Shown piece after piece: positions 20,256 to 29,606 of a DNA stretch of 64,000 nt. Numbering within the stretch: the first letter of the stretch is position 1; each line of letters opens with the position of its first letter. The DNA comes from Candidatus Hydrogenedentota bacterium (GTDB lineage: Bacteria > Hydrogenedentota > Hydrogenedentia > Hydrogenedentales > SLHB01): the NCBI GenBank assembly GCA_045863335.1, contig BTVY01000014.1, forward strand, positions 69,862 through 133,861, in the 5' to 3' direction. Made by a program: the position numbers and the translations under genes. The notes beneath the pieces are model-generated. The model ran no database searches and was not told the origin of the DNA. It worked only from the letters and a program-made list of their open reading frames with translations.

Positions 20256-21403
20256 ACCTGGCGTTGCTCATGGGCAACCGGTACAGCGCGTGGCACCTGC
20301 AAGGCTTCCGCCTGTTGCGCGGCGAACCCGCCATCACCGCCTTTCGCGCGGAGTCGCAGATCCAGGATCACTTCAGCGCACGCGGCGACGGGACGGACAC
20401 GTTCCATGTCGAGCGTATCCACTTCGACACCCAATCCGGCAACCCAATCGTGCGGGCGAAGAACGTGTTGCTGGAACGCTACGCAAATCGCGCGCCGCGC
20501 ATTTTGCCCTTTCACGATCGGTTGCGCGGCTTCGACGTAATCCACTCCTGGGAGTTGTTCACGGATTGGTCCGCCGAAGCCGCCATCGCGCGCGAACGCT
20601 TCAACATCCCCCTCGTGGTTACCGTTTGGGACCTCATCCCCTTCAACATGGAACGCGACCCCGAGCGTCGCGTCATCAAATCTCGCGTTGCTGAGAAGGC
20701 CGACCGCTTCGTCGTCTACACGGAACGTTCCCGGCGTACGCTGGAGATTGAAGGAATCGACGGAAATCGAATCGCGTATGTGAACCCGGGCGTAGACCTG
20801 GAAGCATTCTCGCCGAAGCCTACGCAGGAGTCGAAGGAAGAGTTCGTCATTCTCTTTGTCGGCTGGCTCGTGCCACGCAAGGGCATTGATTTCCTGCTGC
20901 TGGCGTTGCATGAACTGCTTGCCGATCCGGAATTGAAAGGCCGTCGCATTCGCCTGCGCATCGTTGGCTCCGGCGCGGGACGCGACCGCGTCGAGCGGCT
21001 CATCGCGCGGCTCGGCATCGGCGACGCCTGCACGTTCAGCGGCGCGCTGACCTACGACCAAATGCCAGAGGCTTTTCGCGGCGCCGATGCCTTCGTGCTT
21101 CCCAGTATCGCCACCGGCGAGTGGCAGGAACAGTTCGGCATGTCTCTCATCGAGGCGATGGCCTGCGGTCTCCCCTGCGTCGCCACGCTCAGCGGCGCCA
21201 TCGAAGAGATCGCCGGCGACTGCGCGGTCTTGTGCCAGCCGAACGACTTTCTCGCCCTGTACCGAAATCTACGCGATCTGATCCTCGATCCCAGCCGCGC
21301 AAACGACCTCGGTCGACGGGCGCGCGGGCGTGTCGAACAATACTTCGATCTTCGCCAACACGCCGACGCCCTGTCCAACGTCTACGATTCGCTGCTGCAA
21401 TGA
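20252..21403 (+). CDS. Glycosyltransferase family 4
   Basis: LFVGWLVPRKG, FVLPS...EQFGMSLIEAMACGLP. Confidence 0.9.
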   Translation: MNLALLMGNRYSAWHLQGFRLLRGEPAITAFRAESQIQDHFSARGDGTDTFHVERIHFDTQSGNPIVRAKNVLLERYANRAPRILPFHDRLRGFDVIHSWELFTDWSAEAAIARERFNIPLVVTVWDLIPFNMERDPERRVIKSRVAEKADRFVVYTERSRRTLEIEGIDGNRIAYVNPGVDLEAFSPKPTQESKEEFVILFVGWLVPRKGIDFLLLALHELLADPELKGRRIRLRIVGSGAGRDRVERLIARLGIGDACTFSGALTYDQMPEAFRGADAFVLPSIATGEWQEQFGMSLIEAMACGLPCVATLSGAIEEIAGDCAVLCQPNDFLALYRNLRDLILDPSRANDLGRRARGRVEQYFDLRQHADALSNVYDSLLQ

Positions 21404-22341
21404 CCGAAGACGAACGAACCTACGAAGAACGTTTCAATCCCCTGTCGCGCAGGATGCGCCGCCTGCGCCGTCGACTTTCGTGGTCATTAAAGACGGCGCT
21501 CGGCGGCACGCGGAACATCCTGGTCGAAACGCGATGGCGTCTTGGCGATGAGATCATGGCATTGCCCATCTACGAAGGCCTGAAAGAGAGCTATCCCGAC
21601 GCAAAGTTCGTCGCGTGGTGTAACTATCCTGACCTGCTGCAGAACAACCCCTTCGTCGATACCGTCCTCCCAGGCGATGCCGATCCTCGGCGGATCGCTT
21701 GCGACAAGTACATTCTGCTGCGCGGCGCGCCCCGCGATGCCTTCCGGCTCGACCACTACGCGGCCTGCGCAGGCATTCCCACGCCGGCTGCGGACCCCCA
21801 GCTCTACCTGGACGACCCGGATCCGCCCATCGTTGCCGAAGCAAAGGGCGACGCGCCTGCGTTCATCGCGGTATGCACCGGCGCCTCGTGGCCGACGAAG
21901 CGCTGGCCCATCACGCAGTGGCAGGAACTCTGCCGTCTCCTGGAGCGCAAGGACCATCGCATCGTGCAGGTCGGCTTGAACGATGAACCGATCGGCCGCG
22001 GAGTATCGCTGCTAAACCGGACCTCCGTGCTCGAAATGGCCCACGTCCTCCGCGCCGCGGACCTCCTCGTATGCTGCGATTCCGGTCCCATGCATCTCGC
22101 CCTGGCGGCCGGCACGCCCGTTGTCGCCTTGTTCGGTCCCACGGTCGCCTCTATACTGATCCGTCAGGGGTTGCCGTGCACGGTGCTGACGAACGGCCGC
22201 CCCTGTCAGGGATGCTGGAACATCTCGCAACAGATGACGGAGCCGGGCCAGTGCCCGCTGCACATCCCCGGCTGCATGGAACCGCTGGCTGCGGATACGG
22301 TGTTCGGGTTCGTTCGAGAGGTGGCGACACGTGGGCGGTAG
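21400..22341 (+). CDS. Glycosyltransferase family 9 (heptosyltransferase-like)
   Basis: LGDEIMALP, GASWPTKRWP, DSGPMHLA.A.GTPVVALFGPT. Confidence 0.9.
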   Translation: MTEDERTYEERFNPLSRRMRRLRRRLSWSLKTALGGTRNILVETRWRLGDEIMALPIYEGLKESYPDAKFVAWCNYPDLLQNNPFVDTVLPGDADPRRIACDKYILLRGAPRDAFRLDHYAACAGIPTPAADPQLYLDDPDPPIVAEAKGDAPAFIAVCTGASWPTKRWPITQWQELCRLLERKDHRIVQVGLNDEPIGRGVSLLNRTSVLEMAHVLRAADLLVCCDSGPMHLALAAGTPVVALFGPTVASILIRQGLPCTVLTNGRPCQGCWNISQQMTEPGQCPLHIPGCMEPLAADTVFGFVREVATRGR

Positions 22342-23398
22342 AGCCTTGCGCGTGCTGTTCCTGACCTTGTACCCGGATTGCGCGGCGAGTCCGCGATACC
22401 GCGTCGGTCAATACCTGCCGTACTTGCGCGGCGCGGGAATGACCTGCACGGTGCAGTCCGCGATTGGCGATGAAGACTTCGCCCGGTTCTCCGGGCCGAA
22501 CCGCGCCGGTCGCGCGTTCTGGTATCACGCACGGGAAACGCCACACCGCGTGTCGCAGATTCTCGGCGCCTGGCGGTATGATGTCGTTTTCCTGCAGAAG
22601 GCGATCATGTCGGCGTCTCTTCGAGGACTGGATAGGCTGCTGCGTTCGAGGGCGCGCCGCTTGGTTTGCGATATCGATGACGCCGTGCATCTCAGGCCGC
22701 CGCACCCCCTGCGCGGTGTGTGGCAGCGGCTGGAGGATTGGGAGCAGATTCGCACGATGATGGTGGCGAGCGACAAGGTACTCGCGGGAAACGAGTGGCT
22801 TCGCGAAACCGTGGAGAGCGCGGGCGGCAACGCCGACTTCTTTCCTACGGTCGTCGATACCGATCGGTTCGTCCCCGCGGATCCACCGGGTCAATTCTGT
22901 GTCGGCTGGATCGGTGGTCCCAGCACAACGCCGCATCTGAAGGAAGCCGCCGGACTCGCCAAGGATTGCGATCAGTCCGATCTCTGCATTCGTCTCATCG
23001 GCGCCGATCCCGCGCAAGTCCCTTGGCCGCGCGCCGAAATCCGTCCCTGGTCCCTCGAAACGGAAGTCGCCGAGATTCAACAGTTCTCCGCCGGCATCAT
23101 GCCCCTGCCCAAAGATGATTGGAGCCGCGGCAAGTGCGCCTTGAAAGCGCTCCAGTACATGGCCTGCGGCGTCCCCTGCATCGCGACGCCCCACGGCGCC
23201 ATCCTCGATATCATCCGCGACGGCGAGAATGGCCTCTTCGCCGAAACACCCGGGCAATGGCAATCCGCAATCGAACGATTGCGCGATCCCGCATTGCGAC
23301 AGCGCCTGGGCGAAGCCGCGCGCGCCACGGCGGAGGAACGGTACTCCCTGCGGGTGTGGGCGCCGCGTATGCGCGAAACGCTGGAGGCAATCGCATGA
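22331..23398 (+). CDS. Glycosyltransferase family 4
   Basis: SPRYRV.QY, DIDDA, VGWIG, GKCALKALQYMACGVP. Confidence 0.88.
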   Translation: MGGRALRVLFLTLYPDCAASPRYRVGQYLPYLRGAGMTCTVQSAIGDEDFARFSGPNRAGRAFWYHARETPHRVSQILGAWRYDVVFLQKAIMSASLRGLDRLLRSRARRLVCDIDDAVHLRPPHPLRGVWQRLEDWEQIRTMMVASDKVLAGNEWLRETVESAGGNADFFPTVVDTDRFVPADPPGQFCVGWIGGPSTTPHLKEAAGLAKDCDQSDLCIRLIGADPAQVPWPRAEIRPWSLETEVAEIQQFSAGIMPLPKDDWSRGKCALKALQYMACGVPCIATPHGAILDIIRDGENGLFAETPGQWQSAIERLRDPALRQRLGEAARATAEERYSLRVWAPRMRETLEAIA

Positions 23399-24537
23399 GC
23401 CGTCCTGGAGGCATGCTCACGCGCGTTTGTTACGTGATTCCGACGCTCCAGGTCGGCGGCACGGAGCGTCAGTTGCTCGCGCTCATGAAAGGCCTCATCC
23501 GCGATCACGAATTGACCGTCGTCTGCACGCGTGAAGCGGGCGCCCTTGTGGGCGATGCGCGTCGCATAGGGGTCTACGTGCACGAATTGAATGGCGGCGG
23601 CGGGTGGGATTTCACCATGCGCCGCCGCATTCGCCACATCTTCCGGTCGCACCGGCCGGACGTGGTCCACACGTTCATGTTTGGATTTGACCTCGCGGCC
23701 AATCGCGCCGCCCGCGAGACGGGAGTACCCGTCGTCATTTCAAGCCGGCGCCAACTCGCGACCTGGAAAAAGCCTCGGCATGTCCGCATTCAACGGAAAG
23801 CCAATCAACTCGTCGATTGTATTGTTGCGAACAGCAACGCCGTCGCCGAGTTTGCCGCGGCCCAGGAAGGATTGGATCTCGATCGCTATCGCGTTATCCC
23901 CAACGGCATCGACGCCGACGCGTTTGTCAGCGCGGCCGATCTCCATCAGGTCCGCCTGCGCTTCAAGATCCCCTTCCACACCCAGGTCGTTGGCATTGTC
24001 GCCAATTTCAGCCCCGTAAAAGACCACGCGTTTTTCCTGGCGATCGCCGAAGAGTTGATGCGCCGCCGGGCAGACGTTCATTTTCTGCTCGTCGGTAGCG
24101 GTCCCCTGCGCGACGAAGTGATGAACCGCGTCCGCAAGCAAGGCTGGACCGACCGCTTCACTCGCGTCGCCGCGATCGAGGAAGTGCCCGACCTCTACAA
24201 GGTCATGAGCGTGTCAGTCTTGTGTTCGCAAGTTGAAGGTTTTCCCAACGCCGTCATCGAATCTATGGCAGCCGGACGCCCCGTAGTCGCTGCGGCGGTA
24301 GGCGGCATTCCCGAAGTCATCGAAGACGGCGTAACCGGCAGGCTCGTGCAGACCAGAACGGCGACGGCTTTTGCCGATGCCATCGAGCAGGTCCTGGATC
24401 GAGAAAAGGAAAGCGCCGCCATGGCAGCGCGCGCGGCGGTCTACGTGCGCAATACCTTGAACATGGATCGCATGGTTGACGCCTACCGGAATCTGTACCG
24501 CGAAATGCTGATTCAATCCGTCCGGCGGGGGGCCTGA
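23395..24537 (+). CDS. Glycosyltransferase family 4
   Basis: GGTERQL, IPNGID, EGFPNAVIESMAAGRPVV. Confidence 0.9.
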   Translation: MSRPGGMLTRVCYVIPTLQVGGTERQLLALMKGLIRDHELTVVCTREAGALVGDARRIGVYVHELNGGGGWDFTMRRRIRHIFRSHRPDVVHTFMFGFDLAANRAARETGVPVVISSRRQLATWKKPRHVRIQRKANQLVDCIVANSNAVAEFAAAQEGLDLDRYRVIPNGIDADAFVSAADLHQVRLRFKIPFHTQVVGIVANFSPVKDHAFFLAIAEELMRRRADVHFLLVGSGPLRDEVMNRVRKQGWTDRFTRVAAIEEVPDLYKVMSVSVLCSQVEGFPNAVIESMAAGRPVVAAAVGGIPEVIEDGVTGRLVQTRTATAFADAIEQVLDREKESAAMAARAAVYVRNTLNMDRMVDAYRNLYREMLIQSVRRGA

Positions 24538-24540
24538 ACC

Positions 24541-26430
24541 ATGTGCGGCATCTGCGGAATGATCAATGCCGACCGGGAGCGCCGGGCCGACGAGGCCCTC
24601 GTCGAACGCATGAACCGGGCACTTGAGCACCGCGGCCCCGACGATTCGGGATCGTGGCAAGGCGGCCACGTGGCCCTCGCCATGCGCAGGCTCAGCGTCA
24701 TCGACCTTTTTCGCGGAAGACAGCCCTTTGCCAACGAGGACGGTTCCATCGTCCTCGTGTACAACGGTGAGGTCTACAACTTCCAGGAACTTCGCGAAGA
24801 GCTGGAAACGCACGGGCATGTCTTCCGCACTTTGAGCGATACAGAGGTCGTCCTGCGCGCGTATGAAGAGTACGGCGACGACGCGTTGGGCCATCTCAAC
24901 GGCATGTTCGCTTTCGCGTTGTACGACGCGCGAAAAAACCGCCTCCTCCTCGCGCGCGATCGCGTCGGCATTAAGCCGCTCTTCTACACTATCCGCAACG
25001 GCTCCCTTGCATTTTCCTCGGAACTCGATTCCCTCATGCAATCCGGCATGATCCGGGGCGCGCTCAATCCCTCCGCGGTCAACGCCTACTTCTCGTTTCT
25101 CTATGTTCCCGCGCCCGATACCATCTTCCGCGATGTGTTCAAATTGCCGCCCGCACACAAGCTGGTCTACCAGAACGGCGAAGTCACCGTCGAACGCTAT
25201 TGGACGCTCGAGCTGGAATCCGATTCCAAACTCAGCCTGCCGGAAGCCGCGGAGACCTATGTGGAGCTTCTGTGCGATGCCGTCCGCATGCAGTGCGTGA
25301 GCGACGTGCCCCTCGGCGCTTTTCTCAGCGGCGGCATCGATTCCAGCTCCGTTGTCGCCATGATGCACGTCAACAGCGCCGCACCGGTCAAGACCTATTC
25401 CATCGGATTTGACGATGCCCATATGGACGAACTCAAGTACGCGCGCGCGGCCGCCGAACATTTCGAAACAGACCATACGGAAGCGATACTCAAACCCGAT
25501 ATGGTCGAAACCGCGCCCTATCTCGTCCGCTTTTTCGGCGAACCCTTCGCCGATTCTTCGGCGCTTCCTATGTGGCTCGTGGCCCAACTCGCCCGGCGGG
25601 AAGTCACGGTAGTCCTGTCCGGCGACGGCGGCGACGAACTCTTTGCGGGGTACACCTGGCTGAGCATGACCCGGCGGGTCAACGCCTATCGGCGGGTCCC
25701 CTCCATCCTCCGTTATGGAATCGACACCGCGCTCCGGCTCGCGCCGAGATCACCCTTCGTCGGCAAGCTGCGCCGTTTCAGCCGCGATTCGTTCCTCGAG
25801 TCTGATGCCGTGTTTCGCCGCAGGGAAACCTGCTTTGAAGGAGCGGAACGCACCGAACTCTACGGCCCCGAACTGGCCACCCACATCGCGCACGATGTGG
25901 TCGATCGGTTCCAGGAACACGTGGAAGATGCCGCGTCCATGTCGCCGGAGAACCGAATGTTGCACCAAGACTTCAATATGTACCTTCCCGATGACATCCT
26001 CGTGAAGGTCGACCGCATGACCATGGCCCATTCCCTCGAAGCACGCGTGCCGATCCTCGACAACCGCATCATCGATTTCGCCGCATCCGTTCCCTTCCGC
26101 ATGAAGATGCGCGGCAGCATTTCAAAGTACATCGTCAAGAAAGCCATCGGCCCCATCATGCCGCCGGACCTCATCAAGCAGCGCAAGCAGGGGTTTGCCA
26201 TCCCCATCCACCGATGGATGCGCGCGGACCTCCGCGGCCACTTCCTGGAAACCGTGCTGGGGCATGACGCGCGCAATTCCATGCTCCTGAACCGCCGCGC
26301 GATTCGCTCTCTCTTCGACCGCCACCTCATGGAAACCGACAATTACGGCCACCACCTCTGGGCGGTGCTCATGTTCGAGCACTGGCTGCGTTACGCGGAG
26401 CAACAGCCCGGCATCACGCTGTCGATGTGA
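24541..26430 (+). CDS. asnB: Asparagine synthase (glutamine-hydrolysing), polysaccharide amidotransferase type
   Basis: MCGICG, HRGPD, NGEVYN, RDRVGIKP, LSGGIDSS, SGDGGDELFAGY, KVDRMTM. Confidence 0.93.
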   Translation: MCGICGMINADRERRADEALVERMNRALEHRGPDDSGSWQGGHVALAMRRLSVIDLFRGRQPFANEDGSIVLVYNGEVYNFQELREELETHGHVFRTLSDTEVVLRAYEEYGDDALGHLNGMFAFALYDARKNRLLLARDRVGIKPLFYTIRNGSLAFSSELDSLMQSGMIRGALNPSAVNAYFSFLYVPAPDTIFRDVFKLPPAHKLVYQNGEVTVERYWTLELESDSKLSLPEAAETYVELLCDAVRMQCVSDVPLGAFLSGGIDSSSVVAMMHVNSAAPVKTYSIGFDDAHMDELKYARAAAEHFETDHTEAILKPDMVETAPYLVRFFGEPFADSSALPMWLVAQLARREVTVVLSGDGGDELFAGYTWLSMTRRVNAYRRVPSILRYGIDTALRLAPRSPFVGKLRRFSRDSFLESDAVFRRRETCFEGAERTELYGPELATHIAHDVVDRFQEHVEDAASMSPENRMLHQDFNMYLPDDILVKVDRMTMAHSLEARVPILDNRIIDFAASVPFRMKMRGSISKYIVKKAIGPIMPPDLIKQRKQGFAIPIHRWMRADLRGHFLETVLGHDARNSMLLNRRAIRSLFDRHLMETDNYGHHLWAVLMFEHWLRYAEQQPGITLSM

Positions 26431-26470
26431 ATTGCGAATTATGAATTATGAATTAAGAATTGGGAATGGG
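26429..26470. repeat. Heptamer tandem repeat GAATTNN x6 between convergent genes
   Basis: gaattgc gaattat gaattat gaattaa gaattgg gaatggg; reverse-complement family recurs at 56910-56944. Confidence 0.8.
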
Positions 26471-26484
26471 GGAGGGACCTGAGC

Positions 26485-27933
26485 CTATGCCAGGATGCCG
26501 TCCACAACGCGGCCGTGAACGTCGGTGAGGCGGAAGTCGCGGCCCGCATAGTGGTAAGTCAGTTTTTCGTGGTCGAAGCCCAGCAGGTGTAGCATCGTCG
26601 CGTGCAGGTCGTGGACGTGCACGCGATCCTCAACGGCCTTGAATCCAAACTCGTCCGTGGCGCCGTGGATGTGCCCGCCTTTGACGCCCCCTCCCGCCAT
26701 CCAGGCGGTGAACCCGTAATGGTTGTGGTCGCGCCCGTTGATCTTTCCCGCGTTCGCGCCCGGCGTCGGCAACTCCACCGTCGGCGTGCGGCCGAACTCG
26801 CCCGTGCACAGCACCAGCGTGTCTTCGAGCATGCCCCGCTGCTTCAAGTCCTTCAGTAACGCGGCAATACCCTGATCGCACTCCTTCGCCAAGTCGGAGT
26901 GACGCTCCTTCAAATCGTCGTGGCTGTCCCAAGGCTGGCCCGCGCCATGCCATACCTGCACGAAACGAACCCCTCGCTCCAGCAAACGCCGCGTGATGAG
27001 CAACTGCCGCGCCTGCACGCCGGGTCCATACATCTCGCGGATATACTCGGGTTCACGCGTCACGTCGAATGCGTCCGTCGCGTCAAGCTGCATGCGGTAC
27101 GCCAGCTCGAATGACTGGATACGCGCTTCGATCTCATCGTCGTCGCTGCGCGCCTGGTGATGCCGCGCATTCAATGCCTGCAGCAAGTCCAATTGGCTTC
27201 GCTGCGCCTTCAGCGAGGTGTAGTCGTTCTTGATGTTTTCGACAAGTTTCTCGATGTCGGTGTGCTGCGAATCAATGTACGTGCCCTGATAGATCCCCGG
27301 CAGAAAACCTGACTGCCAGTTTTGGGACTCCTGGATCGGAAACCCCTTCGGGCACATCGAGATGAAACCGGGCAGGTTCTGATTCTCCGTGCCGAGCCCA
27401 TACGTCACCCACGACCCTACGCTCGGCCGCACCAACCGCGCATCCCCGCAATTCATCAGCAACAGCGAAGGCTCGTGATTCGGCACGTCGGCGTACATGG
27501 ACCGGATGATGCACATGTCGTCGACGCATTCGGCCACGTGGGGAAACAGATCGCTGACCGGTATCCCGCTCTCCCCATACTGCTTGAACGCAAACGGCGA
27601 TGGTAACGCCGCACCGGTCTTTCGTTCGGTGCGCAGGTTATCCATGGGAAGATTCTGTCCCGCGTACTTTTCTAAAGCGGGTTTCGGATCAAAGGTGTCT
27701 ACATGGGAGCAACCGCCGTTGAGGAAGATATGAACGATACGCTTGGCTTTGCCCGGAAACTGGGGCTGCTTCGGCGCCATGGAACTTGCGGCCTCCGCCA
27801 CCGGCGAGCCGCCCAGCAGCGCTTTGCCCAACACCGTCGCCAAGCCCATCGCGCCAAAGCCCATACCCGTCCGGCGCAAAAAGTCGCGACGGCTTACCAC
27901 ACAGTCCTCAATGGTCAGGGGATGATGACTCAT
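26485..27933 (-). CDS. DUF1501 family protein (Tat-exported, sulfatase-like fold)
   Basis: SRRDFL Tat motif; GGCSHVDTFDPKP; ERGVRFVQ; WDSH; GEFGRTP; GRDHN. Confidence 0.92.
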   Translation of the reverse strand: MSHHPLTIEDCVVSRRDFLRRTGMGFGAMGLATVLGKALLGGSPVAEAASSMAPKQPQFPGKAKRIVHIFLNGGCSHVDTFDPKPALEKYAGQNLPMDNLRTERKTGAALPSPFAFKQYGESGIPVSDLFPHVAECVDDMCIIRSMYADVPNHEPSLLLMNCGDARLVRPSVGSWVTYGLGTENQNLPGFISMCPKGFPIQESQNWQSGFLPGIYQGTYIDSQHTDIEKLVENIKNDYTSLKAQRSQLDLLQALNARHHQARSDDDEIEARIQSFELAYRMQLDATDAFDVTREPEYIREMYGPGVQARQLLITRRLLERGVRFVQVWHGAGQPWDSHDDLKERHSDLAKECDQGIAALLKDLKQRGMLEDTLVLCTGEFGRTPTVELPTPGANAGKINGRDHNHYGFTAWMAGGGVKGGHIHGATDEFGFKAVEDRVHVHDLHATMLHLLGFDHEKLTYHYAGRDFRLTDVHGRVVDGILA

Positions 27934-28029
27934 GCTTCGTATCCTTGCAGCAACGACGGCATGATACTACAGACTGGAAGGCCACGCCAATGGTGAGGCG
28001 CACCGGGGCAAAGAACGATGAGACCAAGA

Positions 28030-28188
28030 GGACGTATAGGACCGATAGGACATAGAACCTGGGTCGATAGGGCGCAGAGCTACATTGAACCGGCGAATAC
28101 GCCGCGTGCCGAACCGTGAACGTCCGGTTTCAAGAAACCTCCAGCTTGTCGCGTCCCATCGGTCGTAAAAGTCCTATACGTCCTAGGT
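28030..28188. repeat. Inverted pair of 9-mer tandem repeats (GGACNNATA / GTCCTATAC)
   Basis: ggacgtata ggaccgata ggacata (28030-28054) and gtcccatcg gtcgtaaaa gtcctatac gtcctaggt (28153-28188); same family at 58052-58226. Confidence 0.65.
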
Positions 28189-28204
28189 ATTTCCCGGTCC
28201 TGCC

Positions 28205-28753
28205 CTACCGGATCCACTGCAGCGCGTTCAGATCCCGCCGGTTTAGCCGGCTGGCTCCAAATTCCGCATCGCCCGGGTAACACCGGCGTATGGAAGTCAG
28301 AATCGAATCCGCCGTACACAACATAGGCTTTACACTCAATCCGGTGATGTGGCGCAACTCGCCGATGGTCGCGCGATCCAAGGGACACACCATGCCCACC
28401 GTAAGCAAGCGGCCAAGGCGATCGATGGGGCAGACTTGCCGCTCGAATGCGAAGTCGCGAGGCACCAGCGCAGCCACATCCGGCGAAATGCGGTATTGGG
28501 AGATGTCGATACTCGTCACGCCGGGCTGACGCGCCAGAAAAGACACGAAGCAGTGGGAGGTCAGATGCCCCAGCGCGATCAACTGATGCACGAGTCGTCC
28601 GCCGTTGCCCGCCTGCAAGGCCAACGCCTGGTTCAATTGCTGGTCGGTAATGAGCCCCTCCAGTTTGAGCAACTGACCGATCGGTCGCACACGTTCGCCT
28701 GCTCTGTCCCCCGGTCGAACTCCTTTATCAGACACCCACACCCGGTTTTCCAC
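28205..28753 (-). CDS. Stand-alone MshEN/T2SSE_N domain protein
   Basis: PIGQLLKLEGLITDQQLNQALALQ; FLARQPGV; LGRLLTVGMVCPLD; AAGGAGG RBS before GTG 28753. Confidence 0.8.
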   Translation of the reverse strand: MENRVWVSDKGVRPGDRAGERVRPIGQLLKLEGLITDQQLNQALALQAGNGGRLVHQLIALGHLTSHCFVSFLARQPGVTSIDISQYRISPDVAALVPRDFAFERQVCPIDRLGRLLTVGMVCPLDRATIGELRHITGLSVKPMLCTADSILTSIRRCYPGDAEFGASRLNRRDLNALQWIR

Positions 28754-28800
28754 GCACCACACCTCCTTGCCCGTTTTGCGCGGGCCGCTTTACTTCTCTC

Positions 28801-29352
28801 TTACCGGGCCAACTGCAAACGGAACAGCTCCCTCCGATCCAGGACGGGCATGTGGAACTCGTCATCCGCTTCGTAGTGTCTGGAAATCGCTTTGCTGATA
28901 CACGCCGGCGAACAAAGCATGGGCTTCACGCGCAGCCCGGTAATATTCTCCAGCTCTCGAATGGTCGCCTCGTCCAGCGGACAGACCATGCCGACCGTCA
29001 GCAGTTTGCCGAGCCGATCGATGGGGAAGACCTGGCGGGACCGCGCGAAATCGGGCGGTATCAGGGTCAACAGTTCTTTACGAACCCGGTAGTTCGACAG
29101 CACGATGCTTGAAACGCCCGGTTGACGCGCCAGGAAAGTCGAAACCGCTTGGGCGCTCACATAGCCGAGCATCACCAGCCGATCGAGAATTCGTCCGCCC
29201 TGCCCTTCCTGGACCTCCAGGGCGTCTCTAAGCTGCCCCTCCGTGATCAGCCCGTCCATGATCATTAGCTCGCCGATCCGTTTACGCGGTGAGGGTGCCT
29301 TGCCTGCCCCTCCTCGTCTTCTCGGTTCATCCACGGCCACCAGGCTCTTCAT
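28801..29352 (-). CDS. Stand-alone MshEN/T2SSE_N domain protein
   Basis: RIGELMIMDGLITEGQLRDALEVQ; FLARQPGV; LGKLLTVGMVCPLD; start 29352 or 29361. Confidence 0.82.
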   Translation of the reverse strand: MKSLVAVDEPRRRGGAGKAPSPRKRIGELMIMDGLITEGQLRDALEVQEGQGGRILDRLVMLGYVSAQAVSTFLARQPGVSSIVLSNYRVRKELLTLIPPDFARSRQVFPIDRLGKLLTVGMVCPLDEATIRELENITGLRVKPMLCSPACISKAISRHYEADDEFHMPVLDRRELFRLQLAR

Positions 29353-29404
29353 GGCGTTCATCTCCCGTTGAACTGCATGCCTTCTCAAGTCTGTATTTAC
29401 AGGG

Positions 29405-29420
29405 GCAAGAATCGGGCCAA
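29405..29420 (-). promoter_or_regulatory. Putative sigma-54 (-24/-12) promoter for the MshEN pair
   Basis: Minus strand TTGGC-CCGATTC-TTGC with canonical GG-N10-GC spacing, about 50 nt upstream of the start codon. Confidence 0.55.
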
Positions 29421-29606
29421 CGACGACACGGCAATGCTGTGGGCCGATAAGTGGTATTTGAGCAACAGGTTAATCGGAGACCGTGGTTTCCGGGGAGTGA
29501 CGTAAGCGGGTGAGAAAGGGATGGGATTGGTCTGGTAGGGTTATTTTTTATTCAATAATGACAAATAGAGCTTCAGAAAACATCAACTTTTGATGTGCCT
29601 TAGTCG

